Below, in pieces: positions 57,962 through 64,000 of a stretch of 64,000 nt of DNA. Position numbers and translations under genes: made by a program. Position 1 is the stretch's first letter; every line of letters starts with the position of its first letter. The DNA lies in NCBI GenBank assembly GCA_964621395.1, contig CAZULS010000001.1:64615-128614 (forward strand), written 5' to 3'. This stretch comes from an uncultured Candidatus Saccharibacteria bacterium. Its GTDB lineage: Bacteria; Patescibacteriota; Minisyncoccia; Phycocordibacterales; JACNGX01. The notes beneath the pieces are model-generated. The model saw only the letters and a program-made list of their open reading frames with translations, was not told the origin of the DNA and ran no database searches.

Positions 57962-58031
57962 TAGAACCAATCTCACTGAAAACGTTGAAAAATAAGGAGA
58001 TCATATTCAAGAGCTGCGCTTGGCGGTTCTA
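57962..58031. mobile_element. Internally deleted 70-bp derivative of MITE subfamily A
   Basis: tagaaccaatctcactgaaaacgttgaaaaataa...ggttcta. Confidence 0.7.
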
Positions 58032-58110
58032 ACAAATACGCTCAGATTAAGGTCTCACCTTAATCTATGTCGCGCAGCGGCACTACCAGATACCAGTGAC
58101 CGGCAACCAC

Positions 58111-58626
58111 CTACCGTCTTTTTCTCCCTCCAATAATGAATTTCTTTGGGTCGAGGTCCATGTCGAGGAAGTCGTCGGCAACCTCCTTGAGTGCCGCTGA
58201 TGATGAACGCCCGAAAGAAACCACTTCTACTTGGGTGTTGTTTTTCAGATATTCCACGAGTGGGACAAAGTCGCCATCTCCGGAGACGAGAATAATGGCA
58301 TCGAGCTTCGGTGCCATACGAATGGCGTCCACCGCTATCCCGACGTCCCAGTCGGCTTTCTTGGCGCCACCGTAAAAAATTTGCAAATCTTTGGTGCGGG
58401 TTTCGATACCGTGCTTGGCAAGGGCGTCGAGGAATGTCTGCTCCTCCCCCGATTCGGTGGTAATGGCATAACAAAATGCGCGGATGAGCTGGCGTCCGCC
58501 GACGGCTTCGCGCATGAGTGCATCAAAGTTTACATTGCCTTTGTAAAGATGTTTTGCGCTGTGATAGAGATTTTGCGCGTCTATAAAAACGCCGACACGC
58601 TGTTGGCGATGTTTAATGATTGGCAT
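58111..58626 (-). CDS. NYN/LabA (DUF88) PIN-fold ribonuclease
   Basis: VFIDAQNL, KADWDVGIAVD, LVSGDGDFVPL. Confidence 0.92.
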   Translation of the reverse strand: MPIIKHRQQRVGVFIDAQNLYHSAKHLYKGNVNFDALMREAVGGRQLIRAFCYAITTESGEEQTFLDALAKHGIETRTKDLQIFYGGAKKADWDVGIAVDAIRMAPKLDAIILVSGDGDFVPLVEYLKNNTQVEVVSFGRSSSAALKEVADDFLDMDLDPKKFIIGGRKRR

Positions 58627-58793
58627 GGATAGTATGTTAGTAGATTAGTAAGTGAGGAGGTTAGTAAAAAGCAATATAGTATCGCGAGCTATCGCCCGCT
58701 CAAAATATAAAAATCATAAAATGAGCTTGTATGTAAATTACGATACTGAGTAATAATGATTGACACAATCTTTGTGTCGGTATACACTATTGA

Positions 58794-58863
58794 TACATGT
58801 GGCAGGAGTGTCACGTGACATCAAATGCGGGGTCCCGAGTCTTTACGGCTCGGGGCTCTTTGC
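58794..58863 (+). ncRNA. Candidate ~70-nt sRNA convergent with the NYN gene
   Basis: TTGACA-17-TACACT (58760-58788), GGAG-loop hairpin, then a terminator-like hairpin overlapping the NYN stop. Confidence 0.55.
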
Positions 58864-59463
58864 GTTCTTTTCCCGTACACGAAGAAATGTGTGCCGGAAA
58901 TTTGCGATATCAAAATAACGGGACAGTGCGGGAGGCAACTCTCTGGCAATGTGTCCGGAACGGGAAAAGCCGATAACTGTTTTTCCTTTTCCCCGCAAAA
59001 ATTTTATCAGATATTCAAAATCGCAATCGCCGGAGAAAAGGATACACGTGTCAAACGTATTGAGAAAGAACGTCGCGTCTGTTGCGATTTCCACATCGAA
59101 ATTCGCTTTTCGGTGGGGCAGTCGTGCTGAGTGATCGTCGTATTCTTTGAGCGGTTTTGTCACCAGTTTGAAGTTGAGATTTTTAGCGAGAAAATATCTG
59201 AATTTCTCATGACCCGTATTTTCAAATGCCGGTGTGTAAAATCGTATTCCTGTGAACGACGGAATGCTTTTGAAAAAATCGTTCAATTTTTTATAATCCG
59301 CTGACCATCGCAGTTGTTCGCTCGGCATATGCTTGTATTCCTCAGGGACATCGTCGGGTCTGACAAACATGTCTTTTACCGATTGCTCAAGATTTGCCGC
59401 GTCGATGTAGACGGCAACGTTTCCTCGCAGTGTTTGTGTAAACTTCTCTTCATATTCACTCAT
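58843..59463 (-). CDS. Second NYN-domain ribonuclease
   Basis: VYIDAANL, RKANFDVEIATD, LFSGDCDFEYL. Confidence 0.92.
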   Translation of the reverse strand: MSEYEEKFTQTLRGNVAVYIDAANLEQSVKDMFVRPDDVPEEYKHMPSEQLRWSADYKKLNDFFKSIPSFTGIRFYTPAFENTGHEKFRYFLAKNLNFKLVTKPLKEYDDHSARLPHRKANFDVEIATDATFFLNTFDTCILFSGDCDFEYLIKFLRGKGKTVIGFSRSGHIARELPPALSRYFDIANFRHTFLRVREKNAKSPEP

Positions 59464-59531
59464 GAGAACAGTATACCACAAGGACATTTTTTGGCGCATA
59501 GAAAAGGCGCGCTCACGCGCGCCTTTTCATA

Positions 59532-59804
59532 TTACTCCGAAGCCTTAAGCCCGAGTTCGGCAACGACCTTGTCATACGCTTCCTTATCGTGCTTCTTCAA
59601 GTATTTCAAATGTGCGCGGCGATCCGCAACCATCTGAAGAAGACCACGACGGGAGTGATTATCCTTGTGATTCTTCTTCAAGTGGCTCGCAAGCTCATCA
59701 ATGCGCTTGGAAAGAAGACCGATTTGCGTGGACGCCGAACCGGTGTCTTTCTCGTGCTTGGCGGTTTTCTTGATAGCATTGGCTTTTTTCTGTTTCGTAA
59801 GCAT
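59532..59804 (-). CDS. rpsO: 30S ribosomal protein S15
   Basis: HEKDTGS..QI, HKDNHSRRGLL..V..RR..L.YL. Confidence 0.97.
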   Translation of the reverse strand: MLTKQKKANAIKKTAKHEKDTGSASTQIGLLSKRIDELASHLKKNHKDNHSRRGLLQMVADRRAHLKYLKKHDKEAYDKVVAELGLKASE

Positions 59805-59914
59805 AGGCACAATGATAGCACACCCTCCAAAATAATGCAAATCAGTAATTTTTGTGCTAGGATTGGGGGAGGTTTGTTGGGATTTCCTGTAACCTCTAGA
59901 ATAAGGAGGCTGTT

Positions 59915-60244
59915 ATGTCGCAAAGAGCGCACAGGGTCTTTGATATTGATCCTGATATGGCCCACGTATCTTGCATGAACTGTGGCGCGGTTACACTGGC
60001 TACTGTAGATTCTAAAAAGATATCCCCTTCCGTTGCTCATATTATTCCCCTGGACGAATTAGAGAGCGTGAAGGTAAAAATCAAGGTGCCTTTTAAAAAA
60101 GAATTTATGAAGACAAAAGCATATAATGGGTATGTAACAAAATGTCCCTTTTGTAGGCTTCAGGAGGAAGCAGAATCAAATCAACTTCTTTTTTATAACG
60201 GGATTATGCTGTTCCCGAAATATTTTGCAAGCGCTCCGGTCTAG
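59915..60244 (+). CDS. Zinc-finger ORFan
   Basis: SD AAGGAGG, CMNC...CPFC, terminator at about 60229-60257. Confidence 0.7.
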   Translation: MSQRAHRVFDIDPDMAHVSCMNCGAVTLATVDSKKISPSVAHIIPLDELESVKVKIKVPFKKEFMKTKAYNGYVTKCPFCRLQEEAESNQLLFYNGIMLFPKYFASAPV

Positions 60245-60565
60245 GGGCGCTTTTTTTGTGTGGGACCATATTACATCAGTTGTCATCCTGAACTCTTGCC
60301 GAGCCCCACCTCGGAGGTCGGAATGGACAAATGAAGGAGTAATATGTCATTCTGAACTTGATTCAGAATCTCATCGAAAAGAAGCAAATAGCGAAGATTC
60401 CGTGTCAAGCACGGAATGACAATGATGGAGTTTTGCACACAAAAGCACGATGGTCGAAGGTCGCCGCGCATTTTTTACCGTTTACATGCCCGAGCACGAC
60501 TTGTCGTGCTTTAGGGTCGTTTAACGTTTATAGTTTATCGTTAGTTTTTTGAGTATAATACCTAT

Positions 60566-61477
60566 ATGTCGCACAATATTGATGAATACATTACGCGCTT
60601 TTTAGAATATGTGGAGATTGAGCGTGGGCGCAGCTTGAAAACGGTACGCAATTACGATCGCTATTTGCGGCGCTTTGTTGCCTACTCCGGTGTGAAGCAC
60701 GTGGAAGATATTACCGATGAAGGGGTGCGGCGTTTTAGACTGTGGCTCAATAAACAGCCCTCTCCCGATGGCGGTACCCTCAAGAAAAAAACACAGAATT
60801 ATTATCTCATTGCCTTGCGGAGTTTTCTCAAATACATGGCGCGCGAGGGTATTAAAACGCTCTCTCCTGAGCGCATTGAGCTTGCGAGTGTGTCTGCGCG
60901 TGATTTGGATCTCATTTCCGTGGAAGAACTCGAGCGCTTGCTTGAAGCTCCCGGGGGGAACGACTTGAAAGCGCTTCGCGACAAGGCAATGCTGGAGCTT
61001 CTTTTCTCCACCGGTTTGCGCGTGTCGGAGCTTGCCTCGCTTTCGCGTGATATTGAAATCGACAAGGACGAATTCTCTGTGCGTGGAAAAGGAGAAAAGA
61101 TTCGCGTGGTTTTCATTTCCCCTTCCGCGCGCGAGGCGGTGAAAACATATTTGGCGGAGCGCACCGATATGGACGACGCTCTTTTTATCCAGCTTGGTCC
61201 GCGTGCAAATGCTGAAGGCGATATGAGGCTTTCGCCGCGCAGTATCGAGCGCATTGTAAAGCACTACGCAATCAAGGCCGGTATTTCTCGTAAGGTGACG
61301 CCGCATGTGATTCGTCACTCGTTTGCCACAGACCTTCTTCAAAACGGCGCCGATTTAAGAAGCGTGCAAGCCATGCTCGGCCACTCCAATATCCAAACGA
61401 CACAAGTCTACACCCACGTGACCGACCGTCAGCTCAGAGAGATTCACAAAGCATTTCATGGGAAGAGGAGGAAATAG
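60566..61477 (+). CDS. XerC/XerD-type tyrosine recombinase
   Basis: N-terminal SAM-like domain, TGLRVSEL, GKGEKIR, PHVIRHSFAT, LGH, TQVY. Confidence 0.95.
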   Translation: MSHNIDEYITRFLEYVEIERGRSLKTVRNYDRYLRRFVAYSGVKHVEDITDEGVRRFRLWLNKQPSPDGGTLKKKTQNYYLIALRSFLKYMAREGIKTLSPERIELASVSARDLDLISVEELERLLEAPGGNDLKALRDKAMLELLFSTGLRVSELASLSRDIEIDKDEFSVRGKGEKIRVVFISPSAREAVKTYLAERTDMDDALFIQLGPRANAEGDMRLSPRSIERIVKHYAIKAGISRKVTPHVIRHSFATDLLQNGADLRSVQAMLGHSNIQTTQVYTHVTDRQLREIHKAFHGKRRK

Positions 61478-61850
61478 GTGAGTTACGAGTTACGAGTTTC
61501 GAGAGGAGAGAGTGGTTGTTTGGGCACGATGACAGAAGAGAGGAGTTTTTAGTTGGTAGTTTTTAGAAAAGGCGCGGCTAATGCCGCGCCATAAGAAAAA
61601 AGAGGGCGGCACCGCAGGTGCCGCCCTCTTTTTTCTCCATGCTCCTCCTGTGTCATTCCCGCCTCCGAGCGGGAATCTTCGCTGTTATATGAGTGAAAGA
61701 TAAGATTCTGAATCAAGTTCAGAATGACAGCAGTATAGATGTTGCAACAGCCGCGCGGACATGAATGTCCGCGCGGCTGTTTGACAATATTTGCACAACG
61801 ATATATCCTCAAAGACAGGTAACAGCTTTTTGAATAAAACGATAAGAGAC

Positions 61851-62060
61851 ATGATTATTTTAGAGCTTGGAAAAGGCGGAAAAGTTCACAGGACCCAAAT
61901 CGCCGAAAACGTGTCACTGGAAGAATTTGCGGAAACGTCTGACAGTCGTTGTGTTGTGAGTGTAGACGAGGAAAAGCGAGTGAGAGTTTTAAAAGGGGTG
62001 TATATCTTTTTTTGTTCTCATCTTGACACCTTTTTCCCGGGTTGGAGAGTGGTTTCTTGA
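61851..62060 (+). CDS. Small hypothetical protein with FPGW motif
   Basis: 69 aa, upstream TTGACA-17-TATCCT. Confidence 0.5.
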   Translation: MIILELGKGGKVHRTQIAENVSLEEFAETSDSRCVVSVDEEKRVRVLKGVYIFFCSHLDTFFPGWRVVS

Positions 62061-62079
62061 ACTTAAAAATATTTTTGTC

Positions 62080-62379
62080 ATGCAGAAACTAACAGGAAAA
62101 AGTACTGTGTTGTTCATTTCCTTATGCTCACATACTGTAGTGTCTATGGAAGTGCCTTCGGGAATGGTTGATATGCACATACGGCTTTCTAATGAGGCGG
62201 TTGTTATCGTTGTAGAGAGGAAGTATAGAGACAAGTTTTCTCGTAACGGCAAAAAATGTGAGCATGTTCCTTTTCCTGAAGTGACGGTAAAAAGAGGGGC
62301 GATAACTCCCCTGATTGAAAATTACCTCAATGAACACTTTCCTGGATGGGAAAGAGCAGATTTTCAAAAACATTTCTAA
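62080..62379 (+). CDS. Small hypothetical protein with FPGW motif
   Basis: 99 aa, followed by a terminator at about 62387-62411. Confidence 0.55.
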   Translation: MQKLTGKSTVLFISLCSHTVVSMEVPSGMVDMHIRLSNEAVVIVVERKYRDKFSRNGKKCEHVPFPEVTVKRGAITPLIENYLNEHFPGWERADFQKHF

Positions 62380-62537
62380 TTTTCATGAGCGGCATAGACC
62401 GCTCTTTTTTGTTACAATAACATACAAATCTACGAATCGTTACATATGTACGAATACTACAAATATACAAATACACGTTTTAATTTGTATTATTTGTACC
62501 ATGTGTAGATTTGTATATATTTGTAGATTCGTAACCT

Positions 62538-63314
62538 ATGAAAATTATTTCCTGGAACGTAAACGGTATTCGCGCGGTGGAACGCAAAGGTTTGCTCCGC
62601 CCATTTTTTACTGATACACAAGCAGATATTGTGTGTTTCCAGGAAACAAAAGCTACTGCCGAGCAGATTGAGAAAGAGGCGGGCGCAATCGACGGCTATC
62701 ACAGCTATTTCAATGCTCCCCTTGAGAAAAAGGGCTATAGCGGTGTTGCCATCTATGCAAAAAAAGAGCCACAGGTGGTTTGGAAGGAAGCAGGTAATGA
62801 AGAGTTTGATACGGAAGGACGCCTTATTGGCGCGGATTTTGGTGATGTTGTCGTCTTGAATGTGTATTTCCCTAATGGCGGCGGTGGTCCGGAGCGTTTG
62901 GCGTATAAATTGGCGTTTTATGATTACTTCCTTTCCTACATGGAAGAATTGCGAAAAAAGCACCCCAATATCATTATGTGTGGAGACGTAAATACCGCCC
63001 ATGAAGAAATTGATCTGGCGCGTCCGAAAGAAAATCGCGAAAATACGGGCTTTTTGCCGGAAGAGCGGGCGTGGATTGATGAGGTTATTGCTTCCGGCTA
63101 CACCGATACGTTTCGATATCTCAACCCTGAGAAATCAGGCATGTATACTTATTGGGACATGAAGACTCGCGCTCGTGATAGAAACGTGGGTTGGCGTTTG
63201 GATTATTTCTTTATTTCCTCCGCACTCCTCCCCCGCCTGAAAGATGCGCGTATCTTGAGCGACGTTTACGGCTCCGATCACTGCCCCATTGCAATCGAAC
63301 TCTCTCTGGATTAG
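62538..63314 (+). CDS. xth: Exodeoxyribonuclease III
   Basis: MKIISWNVNGIR, QETK, GYSGVA, GDVNTAH, GWRLDY, GSDHCP. Confidence 0.97.
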   Translation: MKIISWNVNGIRAVERKGLLRPFFTDTQADIVCFQETKATAEQIEKEAGAIDGYHSYFNAPLEKKGYSGVAIYAKKEPQVVWKEAGNEEFDTEGRLIGADFGDVVVLNVYFPNGGGGPERLAYKLAFYDYFLSYMEELRKKHPNIIMCGDVNTAHEEIDLARPKENRENTGFLPEERAWIDEVIASGYTDTFRYLNPEKSGMYTYWDMKTRARDRNVGWRLDYFFISSALLPRLKDARILSDVYGSDHCPIAIELSLD

Positions 63315-63324
63315 GATTAAGGGT

Positions 63325-63792
63325 ATGAATATTTCACCCGAACAGCATAAAGAAAATCGAAGGATCTTGGAAGAAATACAGGAACGCAAAGGGACATCAG
63401 AGGATCTTGATGTTCTGGGTTCGGAGACATCGGTAGATGATGTAAAGAATGAAAAAGCACTTATTTTGTCATTATATAGCGAAATCAGACCGTTTTTGTA
63501 TGGCGTTGACCCCACTTTTGCTACGGAAGGAAAAGTGAATAAAAAAGATCCTGTGCGTGATATTTTGCAACATCACATCGAGACATATAAAGGAGATCCG
63601 TTTGTAGTGGTTGAGTTGCTGACAATGCTTGTGGAGGAGTTAAAGAATCTCTCTGCTGAAGAATTAACTCCCGATGTAAAAAGACAGGAGGTATACAAAG
63701 TCGTTGCACAACAGTCACTCAAGACAGTTGAAGAATTGTTTCATGACTATTTTCCTGATGAGTATGAGGCACGGTTTGTTGCTTCTGAGTAG
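63325..63792 (+). CDS. Hypothetical acidic protein
   Basis: ORF directly after xth. Confidence 0.65.
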   Translation: MNISPEQHKENRRILEEIQERKGTSEDLDVLGSETSVDDVKNEKALILSLYSEIRPFLYGVDPTFATEGKVNKKDPVRDILQHHIETYKGDPFVVVELLTMLVEELKNLSAEELTPDVKRQEVYKVVAQQSLKTVEELFHDYFPDEYEARFVASE

Positions 63793-63813
63793 AAAAGTTT
63801 ACTTTCATGCCCC

Positions 63814-64000
63814 ATGAATATTAACACCGAGCAAAATCAAAAATTACTTACTGTGTTGGTAAGATCGCTCCTCGAGTTGGTTTTAAGAGACGGCATTCTT
63901 TTTGATAAAAATATTCATGAACAAGCATTTTCGCACCGACTTGCTGTCTACGTTGAAAAGTATTTGCAGAAAGAATTGAAAGACCCTATTTTAACTCATT
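63814..64000 (+). CDS. Hypothetical protein, truncated by the window edge
   Basis: MNINTEQNQKLL...RDGILFDKNIHEQAFSHRLAVYVEKYL, open to the end. Confidence 0.65.
   Translation, partial: MNINTEQNQKLLTVLVRSLLELVLRDGILFDKNIHEQAFSHRLAVYVEKYLQKELKDPILTH

Noticed and set aside
60566-61477. Integron integrase or prophage integrase
   Set aside because: Length and motifs match chromosomal XerC/D. No IntI-specific insertion is evident, and there is no attC array or phage gene nearby.
1-64000. Alternative genetic code (TGA = Gly), tRNA/rRNA genes, DGR or retron
   Set aside because: Conserved genes such as ruvB, ruvC and pilB end at TGA at the expected length. No cloverleaf, rRNA or reverse-transcriptase motifs were recognised by eye.

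Overview
Chromosomal replication-origin region of a bacterium whose gene set and order point to Patescibacteria/CPR, most likely Parcubacteria (inferred from gene content, not from a database search). It uses the standard bacterial code. Core genes: a pilB-type ATPase, ruvB-yebC-ruvC, tyrS, a class A PBP, dnaA-oriC-dnaN-dciA-like, rpmH-rnpA-yidD-(insert)-yidC-jag, a VirB4/PrgI/VirB6-type secretion cluster, lnt, rsmA, pcrA, a membrane-anchored Clp ATPase, a LysM/M23 peptidase, comM, a dksA-like gene, pnp, two NYN RNases, rpsO, a Xer recombinase and xth. Accessory content includes an AbiEi/AbiEii pair, an orphan RelB and many single-gene ORFan units. The intergenic DNA is unusually rich. (1) At least 17 genes have a -10 box 6-8 nt before the ATG and no Shine-Dalgarno (apparently leaderless), while several ORFans carry strong SD sites. 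(2) There are several promoter-defined non-coding RNA candidates: a ~225-nt RNA before the LysM gene, a ~250-nt RNA containing a perfect anti-SD sequence, and a ~70-nt RNA convergent with an NYN RNase. (3) At least five families of palindromic repeats or MITEs nest inside each other and some donate stop codons to genes. No rRNA, tRNA or CRISPR array was recognised. All function calls come from motif reading by eye, and many start codons were moved relative to the ORF track using the -10/ATG pattern.
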